64,000 nucleotides of DNA, taken from contig JBDRBY010000001.1 in the NCBI GenBank assembly GCA_043822245.1, positions 4,337 to 68,336 of the forward strand. Direction: 5' to 3'. This DNA is from Candidatus Omnitrophota bacterium (lineage in GTDB: Bacteria > Omnitrophota > Gorgyraeia > Tantalellales > Tantalellaceae). A program made the position numbers and the translations under genes. Below are positions 16,600 to 27,483 of this stretch, piece after piece; position 1 is the first letter of the stretch; each line of letters opens with the position of its first letter. The notes beneath the pieces were generated by a model, which saw only the letters and a program-made list of their open reading frames with translations, was not told the origin of the DNA and searched no databases.

Positions 16600-19500
16600 T
16601 TACCCCCAGCAAATTGAATCGTATTCGCATCTTGAGCATCTTTTCTTTTCGTCGCGCTCAGGTAATCTGTCGAATTTCAGCGCGCGTATATCTTTCCAGC
16701 ATCGAAGAATAACTGTTTCGAGTTCTTGGGTCATATCGTTCGTTAATTCAACTATTTCATTCCTGAAAATACCTTTTTCAAGGCCGTACTTTATAACGGT
16801 TGAACCTGCCGGCTCTAGAAATTGAATCATGCCTTTAGATATTTTTTCCCTTTTGCCATGCCCGGACGCCTTATCATACAACAATTTGTACGCTACAAGC
16901 TGGCGGTAATAATTATCACATTCATACGCGGAAATATCCCGCGAGTTGGCTATCGCCTTAACGTGATCGTCGGGTTTTCCCGTTTTATAATCAACTACTC
17001 TTACCGCCCCGCCGGGTTCTCTTTCAATTTTGTCAAACGCCCCTTTAAATATTAACCCTTCCGGAAGCTGAATCTCAAGTTTGTTTTCAAGATCAATCGG
17101 CATAAGAGGATCTTTTGAATCTTTCCGGTACCAATCTTTTATAGAAGTCTCCAGTTTGTGCCTGCACCAATTCTTTATCTGATCGTTTACTCCCTGAAAT
17201 TGCAATTCACGGTTAAATACCTTTTCGAAAAAATCAAAAGAAGGAAATTTTTTGTCTTTTATGAAAAGCGAATACAATTCTTCAAGCGCTTTGTGCGCGC
17301 AATTGCCAAATGTCAGATGCTGATTTTTTCTGCCGGGAAGCCTGAGGACATTATCATATAAAAATTTTCGGCCGCAGGAAATATAATTATTAAGGCTGGT
17401 CGGATTTAATGTTAAGTGCCGCACCATATCTTTCAAGATATGAGACGCGCCTTCAAATAAATCCCGGGGTTTACTCCCCGACAAGAACCGTATAAGAAAT
17501 TCTTCTTCTTCAAACGGAATAGTTTCAGCCTTTATATTCAAATTGCTTAAAAATTGAGTCGTTACCGCTTTTTCATGAAGCGCCGCGGTATAGATAAGAT
17601 GAGCCTTCGCGCGGGTAGAAACCACATAGAAAAGCCTTAGTTCGTCATAAACGCTTAACTCTTTTATCCGCTCTTTCTCTTTTACGCGCTGTTTACTCTT
17701 GTAAATTTCCGGCGGCAAAGGCACTGTGTCCGGTTTCCCGCGCACCGGCCAGCTTTCTCTTTGAAGGCAAAACGGCGCGAACACTGTATAAAACTCAAGC
17801 CCTTTTGCCGAGTGAGCGGTATACAGCCTTACGCCATCCTGGCTAAATGTGGCAAGCTCCCCCCGAAGCGGCATACCGTGAGTTTCACGTAAGCCAAGTT
17901 CCCATGTATATTTTTCCAGATTAAGGGCGGGGTCCGTCAAATCAGATTCCTTAATGCTATTTACAAAGGAACCTAACGCCCTTAAATCCCGTATACGAAG
18001 AAGTTTATCCTTTTCATAAGTACTAAGTATATAACGATGAAGATTCACATCGCTAATGTACCGCATAACAAGATCGTGCACAGGCCTTACCGCGCCATCG
18101 GTCATAAGCCTTGAGACAGCCCACGCGGCCATATGAAGAGCACGCGGATTTTTTAAATTCAAATTTTTTGTGATATCTAAAGCCTGGGAATCTTCTTCTT
18201 TCGGCGCGTTTTCATTATCAACAGGGAAACCAGATAAAAACTCTTGAAAAAAACCATAGTCGTTATATTTTTTTAGACCATTACTCAAAACAGCGCGTTT
18301 CCGCGCGCTCACCGATTCTATTATTTTAATAATGTCCGCGTGATTGGCGCGGATATAGTCCGAAGAAAGAACCTTATAAAGCACTGTTGATTTTCTGTCA
18401 TTTTCCCCGCCGAAGAGGCCGGCTAATTCCAACACGTCTAACATTTGCCGCACACGCTTCTCCGGGCGTATATCCTCTTTACCGTCAGTAGCGTAAGGAA
18501 TGCCCGCGCGAAGAAAGGCGTCTATCAATACCTGTATCTGCCGCCTCTTTCTTACAAGAACCGCTATGTTGTTATACGGCTTCGCCCGCTCGTCCAGAGA
18601 AAGATTTTCTTCCTGTGTTATGAATTCCGCCTGCCGTTTTATCTCCTGTGTTAAAAACGCGAGTTCTTCTTCTTTCGCGCTGAATTCTAAAAATCGTACC
18701 CCGTGTTTATCATAACTCCGGCACGACTGAAGGTTCTTCACCGAGAGCCTTTCTTCTTCAGAAAGCTGAGTTATAATCTTGTTAGAAAAGGTTATAATTT
18801 CAGGAGTTGACCGGTAATTAGATTTAAGTTCAATGGTATTGAGGCCTTTTACTTTTTCTTTTAGAGCGCGAAAATTCGCCAAACTCGCGCCCTGGAAACG
18901 GTATATCGCCTGATCATCGTCCCCCACACAGCAGACATTAGGCGCGTCATTTCCTATAACATAAAACAAAAGTTCAAGCTGGGCTCCATTTGTGTCCTGG
19001 AATTCATCAACCATTACGTACTTATACTGAGACCGAAACACATCCCTAAGAGTACTCTCCTTTTTAAGAGCGTCTATGGCGATAAGTATCATATCGTCAT
19101 AATCCATCCGCCCTCTTTGGTCAAAAAGTAACCCGCAATCTTCATTTTTAAGTTTTTCATAATTTTCATAGAGAAGAGCCAGCGCCTTAAGCCGCGGTAG
19201 GTTTTTCCCTTCAAGATTTATACCGTCAGGATGAAGGCCCGTTAACTGCCTTTTAAATTCATCAGGCCGGATACCTTCATTTTTCAATTCACTTATGCGT
19301 TTTTCGATCTCCTGCCGGTGAATATACGGCGCTCCAAAAGGCCTTAAGGGCTCTACGCCTTTAACATTGTCAATAATGTATTCCAGAGCTCTTATCTTTT
19401 CGATTTCACCTATTTCTATCTTTTCTTTGATATATTCAACCGCGCTTTCAGATTCCAGAACAATGGAATTCGCGAAACTGTGAAATGTTTCAACATCAAG

Positions 19501-19755
19501 GTTGTAACCATCAGGGCCGATAATCTCAGAGAGCCTCTCCCGCATAGCGACGCGGGCGGCATTTGAAAAAGTCAGTATGAGGATATTTTCCGGACGCGCC
19601 TTTTTACTTTGAATGATATTCGCGGCACGGATAGAAAGCAGTTGTGTTTTGCCCGTACCCGGGCCCGCCAAAACAAGGAGCGCGCCTTCAGTCATATCAA
19701 CTGCCTGGCGCTGTTCGCTGTTAAGACGCTCGTAATGCTCCTTGAACAAATCCAT
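16600..19755 (-). CDS. UvrD/PcrA-type SF1 helicase fused to a PD-(D/E)XK nuclease with a predicted Fe-S cluster
   Basis: LAGPGTGKT, VDEFQDTN, VGDDDQAIYRFQGA, NYRS, TAHSAKGLEF, RLFYVVSTRAK; nuclease GAFDKIE...VDYKTG, QLVAY; Cys in SCGRKF and CSRCEYDSIC. Start codon uncertain. Confidence 0.92.
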   Translation of the reverse strand: MDLFKEHYERLNSEQRQAVDMTEGALLVLAGPGTGKTQLLSIRAANIIQSKKARPENILILTFSNAARVAMRERLSEIIGPDGYNLDVETFHSFANSIVLESESAVEYIKEKIEIGEIEKIRALEYIIDNVKGVEPLRPFGAPYIHRQEIEKRISELKNEGIRPDEFKRQLTGLHPDGINLEGKNLPRLKALALLYENYEKLKNEDCGLLFDQRGRMDYDDMILIAIDALKKESTLRDVFRSQYKYVMVDEFQDTNGAQLELLFYVIGNDAPNVCCVGDDDQAIYRFQGASLANFRALKEKVKGLNTIELKSNYRSTPEIITFSNKIITQLSEEERLSVKNLQSCRSYDKHGVRFLEFSAKEEELAFLTQEIKRQAEFITQEENLSLDERAKPYNNIAVLVRKRRQIQVLIDAFLRAGIPYATDGKEDIRPEKRVRQMLDVLELAGLFGGENDRKSTVLYKVLSSDYIRANHADIIKIIESVSARKRAVLSNGLKKYNDYGFFQEFLSGFPVDNENAPKEEDSQALDITKNLNLKNPRALHMAAWAVSRLMTDGAVRPVHDLVMRYISDVNLHRYILSTYEKDKLLRIRDLRALGSFVNSIKESDLTDPALNLEKYTWELGLRETHGMPLRGELATFSQDGVRLYTAHSAKGLEFYTVFAPFCLQRESWPVRGKPDTVPLPPEIYKSKQRVKEKERIKELSVYDELRLFYVVSTRAKAHLIYTAALHEKAVTTQFLSNLNIKAETIPFEEEEFLIRFLSGSKPRDLFEGASHILKDMVRHLTLNPTSLNNYISCGRKFLYDNVLRLPGRKNQHLTFGNCAHKALEELYSLFIKDKKFPSFDFFEKVFNRELQFQGVNDQIKNWCRHKLETSIKDWYRKDSKDPLMPIDLENKLEIQLPEGLIFKGAFDKIEREPGGAVRVVDYKTGKPDDHVKAIANSRDISAYECDNYYRQLVAYKLLYDKASGHGKREKISKGMIQFLEPAGSTVIKYGLEKGIFRNEIVELTNDMTQELETVILRCWKDIRALKFDRLPERDEKKRCSRCEYDSICWG

Positions 19756-19828
19756 TCGCTTCATTTTAACCTTTATTAACAAAAATTACTCTTTAAGACT
19801 TTTGCGCGACAATCGGGATTATCGCAAC

Positions 19829-19899
19829 TCTTAAATCCCCCTGGCCCCCTTTTTCAAAGGGGGGATGGATTGAAATAAGGGAGCTAGGGGGATTTAAGA
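19829..19899. repeat. CCCCCTTTTTCAAAGGGGG-family element with terminal inverted repeat
   Basis: TCTTAAATCCCCCT...CCCCCTTTTTCAAAGGGGGG...AGGGGGATTTAAGA. Confidence 0.8.
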
Positions 19900-19954
19900 A
19901 TTAAAATGGAACACAATTTATTTTTCCGCCCTTATGAAAAATAGGTGTCCAACA

Positions 19955-20560
19955 TTACATTTTGCTAATCTGAAACACCGCGTTTAGGGCAAAAACGTTG
20001 GGTAGTAGTTTTATGATTTTTCTTTCGGTTAGAAAGATTCCTTTTTCAATAATTATTCCCTGGCTTGAACAAAAATTCTCAAAATCTTTTATCGAAAGAA
20101 AATGAAGGTTTGGGGTATCGTACCATAAATACGGCAGGGACGCGGTTATGGGAACATGGCCGCCAAAAAATATCTGTATCCTGGCTTTTATGTTACAAAA
20201 ATTCGGAAAACCAGTTATGACCTTTTTGCCTACTCTCAAAGCCTCTATTATCGCTTCTTTGGGCCGATACACCTGCTGCATTGTCTGATTAAATATCACA
20301 TAGTCAAACAGGCCGTCCGGATATTCTTTTAATCCTGAATCAATATCACCGTGTGAAACACTAAGGCCTTTTTCCACACATTTATAAATTGCTTCCTCAT
20401 TTATTTCCACGCCCGCGCCTTTAACACCTTTACTCCGCTCCAAATACTCCAACAGCTCTCCGCGCCCGCATCCGACATCAAGCACTTTTGACCCTTCACC
20501 TATCATATCCCCGATGGCTTTAAGATCAAGGCGCAAATCTTCTTTTTCTCGGCTTATCAT
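19955..20560 (-). CDS. metW: Methionine biosynthesis protein MetW
   Basis: LRLDL...[30 protein letters not shown]; directly downstream of metX. Confidence 0.93.
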   Translation of the reverse strand: MISREKEDLRLDLKAIGDMIGEGSKVLDVGCGRGELLEYLERSKGVKGAGVEINEEAIYKCVEKGLSVSHGDIDSGLKEYPDGLFDYVIFNQTMQQVYRPKEAIIEALRVGKKVITGFPNFCNIKARIQIFFGGHVPITASLPYLWYDTPNLHFLSIKDFENFCSSQGIIIEKGIFLTERKIIKLLPNVFALNAVFQISKM

Positions 20561-21687
20561 TCTTCACTCTCCAGGCCTTTTTCCGTACTCGCCAGAAAAT
20601 GTTTTACAAGTTTAGTTTCTTCATTGAACTTAAGAAGAAAGGCGTCATGTCCATAGTTAGAACTAATTTCACAATAGGTCACATCTAAGCCGTTCATTTT
20701 AAGGGCTCTGACGATCTCTTCAGACTGGCTCGGCGGATACAGCCAGTCTGAACTAAAAGCAATTACCAAAAATCTTGATTCGCATTTTTCGAAGGCGGAA
20801 CACAATTTCTTATTTTTTTGAAGATCAAAATAATCCATCGCCTTGGTAAGATACAAGTAGGAATTAGCATCAAACCGTTTAACAAAACTATCGCTTTTGT
20901 AACGCAAATATCCCTCTACTTCAAACTCGCTTGAAAACTCATATCCCAATTCTTTTTTCTTAAACGCGCGGCCGAATTTTTGTTCCATTGACTCATTGCT
21001 CATGTAAGTAATGTGCCCAATCATGCGGGCAACTGCCAGCCCGCGTAAAGGATGATTTTTTTTATAATAATCCCCGCCATTCCACTCAGGATCCGCCATT
21101 ATGGCCTGGCGGCCTACTTCATCAAACGCTATCTGCTGAGCGGAATGCTTATAACTTGTCGCGATGGGAATACATGAAACAACACTCTGGGGATACGACA
21201 CCGCCCATTGCAACACCTGCATCCCGCCCATTGATCCCCCTGCGACAGAAAGGAGTTTCTTTATTCCTAAAAAATCGACCAGATTTTTCTGCGCGTTTAC
21301 CATGTCCTTTATGGAAATAATGGGAAAACTCAACCCATAAGGTTTCCCTGTGGAAGGATTTATAGATTTGGGGCCGCTTGAACCTTTGCATCCACCAATA
21401 ACATTGGAACATATAACAAAATATTTTTGTGTATCAAAAGCTTTGCCCTCACCAATCATCTCATGCCACCAACCAGGATCTTTTTCGCCTTTGTGAAACC
21501 CTGCAACGTGAGCGTCTCCTGAAAGCGCGTGGCATATCAAAACAGCATTTGTCTTTTTCTTGTTCAACTCGCCATACGTCTCATATGCCAGTTGAAGTCC
21601 TTCCAGATTCGCGCCGCTTTCAAGGATAAACTTCGCGCCATTAGGCAGACTGTAATATTTTGTCTCTACGGTTTCTTTGTTTGTCAT
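20557..21687 (-). CDS. metX: Homoserine O-acetyltransferase
   Basis: [65 protein letters not shown]. Confidence 0.96.
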   Translation of the reverse strand: MTNKETVETKYYSLPNGAKFILESGANLEGLQLAYETYGELNKKKTNAVLICHALSGDAHVAGFHKGEKDPGWWHEMIGEGKAFDTQKYFVICSNVIGGCKGSSGPKSINPSTGKPYGLSFPIISIKDMVNAQKNLVDFLGIKKLLSVAGGSMGGMQVLQWAVSYPQSVVSCIPIATSYKHSAQQIAFDEVGRQAIMADPEWNGGDYYKKNHPLRGLAVARMIGHITYMSNESMEQKFGRAFKKKELGYEFSSEFEVEGYLRYKSDSFVKRFDANSYLYLTKAMDYFDLQKNKKLCSAFEKCESRFLVIAFSSDWLYPPSQSEEIVRALKMNGLDVTYCEISSNYGHDAFLLKFNEETKLVKHFLASTEKGLESEE

Positions 21688-21704
21688 ATCTTTCTCGGAT
21701 AACG

Positions 21705-22616
21705 CTACCGGCCGCTCAAATATCTTTCTCCGGTGTCACACAATATTGTGACAACCATCTTACCCGCGTTTTCAGGCCTCGCGGCAACGCGCGTGCTGGC
21801 CGCGACATTTGCCCCTGATGAAATTCCCGCTAAAATTCCTTCTTCCTTAGCGAGCCTTTGAACATAGCTAAGAGCTTCATCGTCTGAGATTTGTATTATC
21901 TCATCTATCAATTCTTCTTTCAAGATTTTAGGGATAAAACCCGCTCCTATTCCCTGTATCTTATGAACACCGGCTTTGCCGCCTGAAAGAACGGCTGAAG
22001 ATGACGGTTCAACTCCAATAATTTTTATGCCGCGCTTCTTTTGTTTTAACACATCCGCGACTCCGGTAATGGTCCCGCCCGTACCGATTCCGCAGGCAAA
22101 AACATCAACCTTTCCTTCCGTATCGTTCCAGATTTCAACAGCGGTAGTCCGTCTATGTACGTCAGGATTAGCCTCATTCTCAAATTGCTGCGGCATAAAC
22201 GAGCCAGGTGTTTTTTTCTTTATTTTTTTCGCTTTTTCTATCGCGCCGGCCATACCTGACTCACCCGGTGTCAGGATAAGTTCCGCGCCCAACATTTTTA
22301 AAAGCGCTTTACGTTCATAGCTCATATTTTCGGGCATAGTTAAGATAAGCTTGTATCCTTTGACCGCTGAAACAAAAGCTAAAGCTATCCCTGTGTTCCC
22401 GCTTGTAGGCTCAATAATCACGGTGCCGGGTTTTACTTCGCCACTTTTCTCCGCCTCTTCTATCATCGCTAAGCCTACACGGTCTTTTATACTTGAAAGA
22501 GGATTAAAAAACTCAGCTTTTGCTATTATTTGGCAGGCCAAACCCCTGCCGATTTTTCGCAACCGGATAAGCGGAGTCCGCCCAATTGTTTGTGTAATGT
22601 CGTCATAGATGGGCAT
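21705..22616 (-). CDS. cysK: Cysteine synthase A
   Basis: [51 protein letters not shown]. Confidence 0.96.
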   Translation of the reverse strand: MPIYDDITQTIGRTPLIRLRKIGRGLACQIIAKAEFFNPLSSIKDRVGLAMIEEAEKSGEVKPGTVIIEPTSGNTGIALAFVSAVKGYKLILTMPENMSYERKALLKMLGAELILTPGESGMAGAIEKAKKIKKKTPGSFMPQQFENEANPDVHRRTTAVEIWNDTEGKVDVFACGIGTGGTITGVADVLKQKKRGIKIIGVEPSSSAVLSGGKAGVHKIQGIGAGFIPKILKEELIDEIIQISDDEALSYVQRLAKEEGILAGISSGANVAASTRVAARPENAGKMVVTILCDTGERYLSGR

Positions 22617-22630
22617 ATATTAAACCTACC

Positions 22631-23935
22631 CTACACTTTCCCCAAAGCCTGGTCAATGTCGTCTATTAGATCCTGAACATTTTCAATACCAATGGATAAA
22701 CGCACAAAATCATCTGTTACACCGGCTGATTTTCTTTCTTTGGCTGAAAGCTGATGATGAGTTGTGGACGCGGGATGTATTGCCAGGCTTTTCGCGTCTC
22801 CTATATTCGCCAGATGCCGAAACAGTTCAAGAGAATCAATAAATTTTTTTCCCGCCTTTAACCCGCCTTTAACGCCAAAACCCGCCAGGCCGGAATACCA
22901 TCCGTTTGTAAAATATTTTTTGGCGATATGATGCGTGAAATGTTCTTTAAGGCCGGGATAATTAACCCAAGACACTTTTTTATGTTCTGTTAAAAACCGC
23001 GCTACCAGCAGCGCGTTCTCACTATGACGCGGCATTCTCAAATGCAGTGTTTCCAGCCCCATTAAAAAAAGAAACGCGTTAAACGGGCTTAAACACGCGC
23101 CAAGATCCCTCAAAAGGCTGGCTCTAAGTTTAGAGGTAAAAACAGTATTTCCTTTTCCTGGAACTTTGTTGAATTTTTTCGAAAAATTTAATCCGTGGTA
23201 ACTGGGATCCGGGCTGGTAAGGTGCTTGAATTTTCCAAGCCTCCAATCAAATTTACCTGAGTCAACAATAATACCGCCGATTGATGTGCCGAACCCCCCG
23301 ATATACTTAGTGGCGGAATGCACAACTATATCAGCGCCAAAACGTATCGGGTTAACCAGGAACGGTGTTCCCACGGTATTATCTATGATAAGCGGAATAG
23401 CATTTTCATGAGCTATTCTTCCGGCTTCCTCAAAATCAAAAGCATCCAGTTTGGGATTTCCCAAGGTTTCCGCGTACACCGCTTTTGTTTTTTTTGTGAT
23501 TTGTTTTTTTAAATTTTTAATATCGGATGGGTCTATAAATTTAAATTTTATGCCTAATTTACGCAATGTGTAATGAAACAAAGTATATGTCCCACCGTAC
23601 AAACTGCTTGAAGAGATAATCTCATCCCCCGGCGAAGCCACATTTAAAATGGTAAGCGCGATTGCCGCCTGGCCTGAAGCCGTCGCGACAGCACTAGTCC
23701 CTCTTTCCAGTGACGCGACTCTCTCTTCGAATATATTCACAGTTGGATTCGCTAAACGGGTGTAGATATTCCCTTCTTTCTTCAACGAAAAAAGATCTGC
23801 CGCGTCTTGAGCGCTCTTAAACACATACGACGCTGTCTGATATATGGGTTCGGCGCTTGAACCGGTCACAGGGTCAAACTCGTATCCCGCGTGCACGGCT
23901 AAAGTTTCAGGCCTCCACTTTTTCTTGCTTGTCAT
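22631..23935 (-). CDS. metY: O-acetylhomoserine sulfhydrylase
   Basis: [48 protein letters not shown]; ATG 23935 overlaps the upstream stop (ATGA). Confidence 0.95.
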   Translation of the reverse strand: MTSKKKWRPETLAVHAGYEFDPVTGSSAEPIYQTASYVFKSAQDAADLFSLKKEGNIYTRLANPTVNIFEERVASLERGTSAVATASGQAAIALTILNVASPGDEIISSSSLYGGTYTLFHYTLRKLGIKFKFIDPSDIKNLKKQITKKTKAVYAETLGNPKLDAFDFEEAGRIAHENAIPLIIDNTVGTPFLVNPIRFGADIVVHSATKYIGGFGTSIGGIIVDSGKFDWRLGKFKHLTSPDPSYHGLNFSKKFNKVPGKGNTVFTSKLRASLLRDLGACLSPFNAFLFLMGLETLHLRMPRHSENALLVARFLTEHKKVSWVNYPGLKEHFTHHIAKKYFTNGWYSGLAGFGVKGGLKAGKKFIDSLELFRHLANIGDAKSLAIHPASTTHHQLSAKERKSAGVTDDFVRLSIGIENVQDLIDDIDQALGKV

Positions 23936-24951
23936 GGTTTTTCCTCCCAATACCCGGGTTCATTGAGCCTTTTCTCCCGCAGGGTTTCTATCTTTGTGTT
24001 TCTGCCGAATATGTATCCTGATCCGTATAAATTACGCGCCCAATACACACCCTCTTTCCACATGTAATACGCCACAAACTCCCATAAAGGCGGGGAGACT
24101 CTTCTTGCCTCGTAAGTCACATAGTCATGATTAACCGTTACCCGGACGTAGTGAAGGTATCCGCCTCGCGCTTCCGGGATTTCCTCAAGCATGCCCCCGC
24201 CGCCGGTTACGATATAATCAACCCCTCCAAAATTTTCATGTTTAAACATATGCCTATGTCCGGAAAAAACCATCCTTACCTTATTTTCGGCGCAAAGTTT
24301 ACGAAATTTATAAGCCCACGGGCTGTTATCTTCGTTATACCAATCCTCTTGATACGGATCAAAAGGCGGCTTATGCATAATTACAAAGGTGTGCGTGTAT
24401 TTTTGGCCTTTTAGAAGCTGATCCTTCAACCAATCAAATTGGGATTTCTTAATCTCACCTTTTTCATTATCCAGCACAATAAAATACGCGTTTCGATTAA
24501 CAAAAACAAACTGGCCTTCTCCTAAAAACCGCCTAAATAAGCTCTTATCATCATGGTTGCCATACCCTGCCAAAACAGGATACTTTATCAATTTTTGCAA
24601 TTTTTTAAAGGCAGAAAAATGCGCTTCCTTGCCGTCAAGAGTAATATCCCCCGGGCTTATCACAAAATCTATCGGGGCCTTACGAAATCTATCCTCCCGG
24701 TTCATATGCCATATTTCTTTAAGCGCGGCGGCATCATTAAAAATGAGCCCCGCGTGGTTATCCCCCCAGACAATAAAAGAAAAATACGCGCCTTTATTCT
24801 CCCCCAAAAGCGCCGACGATTTCTCATTGTTATCATTTAAAGAAGCGCCGTCCATCAGCCAAAAAGGAATAAGAGGAAGAAAAGAATAGATGACCATGCC
24901 GCAAAATAAAACTACCGCCATTCTATTCCAGCTAATGTTTTTTATTTTCAT
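23932..24951 (-). CDS. Membrane-anchored calcineurin-like metallophosphoesterase
   Basis: WGDNH, PGDIT, YGNHD, MHKPP, SGHRH, VTGGGG; N-terminal TM helix. Confidence 0.88.
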   Translation of the reverse strand: MKIKNISWNRMAVVLFCGMVIYSFLPLIPFWLMDGASLNDNNEKSSALLGENKGAYFSFIVWGDNHAGLIFNDAAALKEIWHMNREDRFRKAPIDFVISPGDITLDGKEAHFSAFKKLQKLIKYPVLAGYGNHDDKSLFRRFLGEGQFVFVNRNAYFIVLDNEKGEIKKSQFDWLKDQLLKGQKYTHTFVIMHKPPFDPYQEDWYNEDNSPWAYKFRKLCAENKVRMVFSGHRHMFKHENFGGVDYIVTGGGGMLEEIPEARGGYLHYVRVTVNHDYVTYEARRVSPPLWEFVAYYMWKEGVYWARNLYGSGYIFGRNTKIETLREKRLNEPGYWEEKP

Positions 24952-24975
24952 TTTATTCTATGCTCCGCCAAAATT

Positions 24976-25455
24976 CTATTCTCTCGTTATGCTTTCAATC
25001 TTATATTCCAGAATACCTGCCGGCACTTGGATCTCAACCACATCCCCGGCCTTATGCCCCATAAGGGCTTTGCCGACAGGAGAAGAAATCGATATTTTAT
25101 TAAGTGTGAAATCTGATTCCTCTTCCGCGACAAGCATATAATCAAACAGATCACCGGTCTTACTATCTTTTATTTTTACCATGGCACCAATTAATACCTC
25201 ATCTTTGGACATTTCACTATGATTAATTATCCTCGCGCGCATTAAAACATCTTCAAGCTCGGATATCTTTTTTTCATTCATAGCCTGCGCTTCCTTTGCC
25301 GCGTCATATTCAGCATTTTCACTTAGATCGCCATGAGCGCGGGCGGAAGAAAGATCTCTCGCTATAGCCCTGCGCTTTTCTCCCTTCAACACCTCTAACT
25401 CACGGCACATCCTATCCCTGCCTTCACGTGTAAGCATTACATGTTTTGAACTCAT
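24976..25455 (-). CDS. greA: Transcription elongation factor GreA
   Basis: ARAHGDLSENAEYDAAKEAQ, ISISSPVGKALMG. Confidence 0.97.
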   Translation of the reverse strand: MSSKHVMLTREGRDRMCRELEVLKGEKRRAIARDLSSARAHGDLSENAEYDAAKEAQAMNEKKISELEDVLMRARIINHSEMSKDEVLIGAMVKIKDSKTGDLFDYMLVAEEESDFTLNKISISSPVGKALMGHKAGDVVEIQVPAGILEYKIESITRE

Positions 25456-25593
25456 GTCGCATCCTCCTCTAGCCCTGTACCTTTAAACACTTATTTAGTA
25501 TATAGGAATCTTGAAAAAATAACAAATGAAAATTTTGACATAACGCGGAAATCTGTACTCTAATGACAATTAAAACCCACAGATCCCGTTCAA

Positions 25594-25620
25594 GCGGAAC
25601 GGCCGCTACCGTTCCCTACG
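25594..25620 (-). repeat. GTAG-type REP palindrome
   Basis: Minus strand GTAGGGAACGGTAGCGGCCGTTCCG. Confidence 0.7.
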
Positions 25621-25800
25621 GGTTTTGATTTTACATTTTCAAGATTGTCGGGGATATTACAGGTCCCCTTACAAATGGGGGGTGGCAAAACGTTAAAAAT
25701 AAAATAGTCAGTCTCTTGACCTTGCTATTTTTACTTTTATGGTTCATACTTGATACATAGAGTAATAATGACGTGTTCTTTCATATTGCTTAAGTTCCAT

Positions 25801-25895
25801 CAAACGATAAAGGCAAACTATTCGAAAGAATAGGGCTGCAATGTCATGAGCCTAAATCCCCTTTTGGGGACATGGTCGTCAGACTGCCGAATTTG
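25801..25895 (+). promoter_or_regulatory. Cyclic di-GMP-I (GEMM) riboswitch
   Basis: AAAGGCAAAC-TATTC-GAAA-GAATAG-GGCTGCAA...GCCTAAA...ATGGT...ACTGCCGA matches the GEMM consensus, including the GNRA tetraloop and receptor; lies in the 5' leader of 25959. Confidence 0.85.
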
Positions 25896-25958
25896 ACTCC
25901 TTTGGATTTTCATCTCAATCTGACTTTTTTGCGGCCCTACTGTTTAAGGCGGGGAGAG

Positions 25959-27011
25959 ATGAAACTCTTAAGGAAAAATTCAAATTTAATTATTTTTTTT
26001 GTTCTAGCTGTTTTTTTCTCATCGATTATCTCCTGCCCTTCAATTTCCTTAAGTTCCGAAATAGACTTTTTGCCTATGCAAAAAGGCATGTGTTACGTGA
26101 CGTGGGATAAAAACAAGTTTTCTTCCTATTACTCGGATGAGTCTTTAGAAAAATTAGTATCAATGGGTGTCGAATATGTATCAATAACTCCAACCCATTA
26201 CCAGGAAAGTTTTGCCTCTACTGATATAAAAAGCACGGACCAAACTACCTCTATCTCGAGTTTAATCCATGCGATAAAAAAATCTCACGCGCTCGGCTTA
26301 AAGGTTATGATAAAGCCGCACATTGATCTTATTGACAAGTATGACGGCACTTATTGGCGCGCGGACATCGGATTTTCTAATGAAAAAGACTGGCAAAAAT
26401 GGTTCACTGGATATAAAAAACTAATGAATTCCTACGCGAGCATATGTGAAAAACATAATGTCGAACTCTTCTGCGTGGGCACAGAGCTCGCTTTTGCCGC
26501 GCAAAAAACCTCTGAATGGCGTATCATCATAAGCTCAATAAGAGGAATATATTCCGGCAGGCTTGTATACGCGGCAAACTGGGATAATTTCAAAAATATC
26601 GGATTTTGGGATGACTTGGATTATATCGGCATAAACGCTTTTTTCCCTCTTTCGCAAAAAACAAATCCAAGTTTAGAAGATTTAAAAAACGGATGGAATA
26701 AGTGGAAACAAGACCTCCAACTATGGCAGGGGAATCTTAAAAAACCGATTATCTTCACAGAAATAGGTTATCCCAGCATCTGGCACGCGCCAAATTCTCC
26801 GTGGCAAAACCCTGGAAGCGGGAATTGCGACTTAATTATTCAGGCGAAATGTTACAAAGCTTTTTTTGAAACCATCTGGACAGAGCCATGGCTCGCGGGG
26901 GTGTACTGGTGGAAGTGGGATACGAATATCCACGCGGGAGGAAAAAATAACCGTAATTTTACGCCGCAGAATAAACCCGCGCAGGAAATCATAGAGGCTC
27001 ATTACAAATGA
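25959..27011 (+). CDS. Exported GH113-like TIM-barrel glycoside hydrolase (putative beta-mannanase)
   Basis: GLKVMIKPHID, WRADI, GTEL (acid/base), YAANWD, LDYIGINAFFPL, FTEIGY (nucleophile), GVYWWKW, FTPQNKPA; ATG 25959 after GGAG. Confidence 0.85.
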   Translation: MKLLRKNSNLIIFFVLAVFFSSIISCPSISLSSEIDFLPMQKGMCYVTWDKNKFSSYYSDESLEKLVSMGVEYVSITPTHYQESFASTDIKSTDQTTSISSLIHAIKKSHALGLKVMIKPHIDLIDKYDGTYWRADIGFSNEKDWQKWFTGYKKLMNSYASICEKHNVELFCVGTELAFAAQKTSEWRIIISSIRGIYSGRLVYAANWDNFKNIGFWDDLDYIGINAFFPLSQKTNPSLEDLKNGWNKWKQDLQLWQGNLKKPIIFTEIGYPSIWHAPNSPWQNPGSGNCDLIIQAKCYKAFFETIWTEPWLAGVYWWKWDTNIHAGGKNNRNFTPQNKPAQEIIEAHYK

Positions 27012-27018
27012 GGAACAT

Positions 27019-27435
27019 ATGCGCTATTTAATCTACAAAAAAATGATTTTTGTTTCATTCTTAGGAATATTTGTCCTTAGCTCGGCCCTGTTACACGCAG
27101 CGCCTGAGAAAAAAATCAGGTACATCAGGTCTAAATATGGCATCAAGGCCTTAACTGAGATCGACAAAAATCGCGAAAAAATGACTACGGCCTACGAAAA
27201 AGAAACTAAAAACTATACGGCCGTTAAAAACGCTTTGATATCAAACAATCTTCAGAAAGGAGATCCCGCCGTTAAAATTACAGGTCTATACGGCAATCCC
27301 GTGATAATCCTTTCAGAATATAGCGGTACCAAGTCAAAATGGTTATACAAACCTCATTCAGCCAGTTTTTTTTCAAAAGAGAAAATATACCTTATCTTTG
27401 ATAATAACAATAATCTTTCAGGGTGGATAGCTTAG
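27019..27435 (+). CDS. Exported hypothetical protein, possibly with a SmpA/BamE-like small domain
   Basis: Signal peptide; LQKGD...YGNP...WLYK...IYLIFD pattern. Confidence 0.6.
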   Translation: MRYLIYKKMIFVSFLGIFVLSSALLHAAPEKKIRYIRSKYGIKALTEIDKNREKMTTAYEKETKNYTAVKNALISNNLQKGDPAVKITGLYGNPVIILSEYSGTKSKWLYKPHSASFFSKEKIYLIFDNNNNLSGWIA

Positions 27436-27436
27436 A

Positions 27437-27475
27437 ACATTGTAGAGACGAGGCAATGCCTCGTCTCTGCAATGT
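27437..27475. repeat. GTAG-type REP hairpin between convergent genes
   Basis: ACATTGTAGAGACGAGGCA-A-TGCCTCGTCTCTGCAATGT. Confidence 0.85.
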
Positions 27476-27483
27476 GGAATCAC

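Noticed and set aside
15463-19755. Helicase-nuclease plus HD protein as Cas3/Cas4 or a defence island
   Set aside because: The helicase is SF1 UvrD-type rather than SF2, the HD protein is OB-HD YhaM-type, and the context is housekeeping genes with no array.
19955-25500. SAM riboswitch or T-box ahead of the met/cys genes
   Set aside because: There is no intergenic space before metY, and I saw no consensus motifs.
25801-25895. Riboswitch as the cGAMP-sensing GEMM-Ib variant
   Set aside because: By manual alignment the position equivalent to Vc2 G20 is G (AAGGCAAAC), consistent with c-di-GMP.
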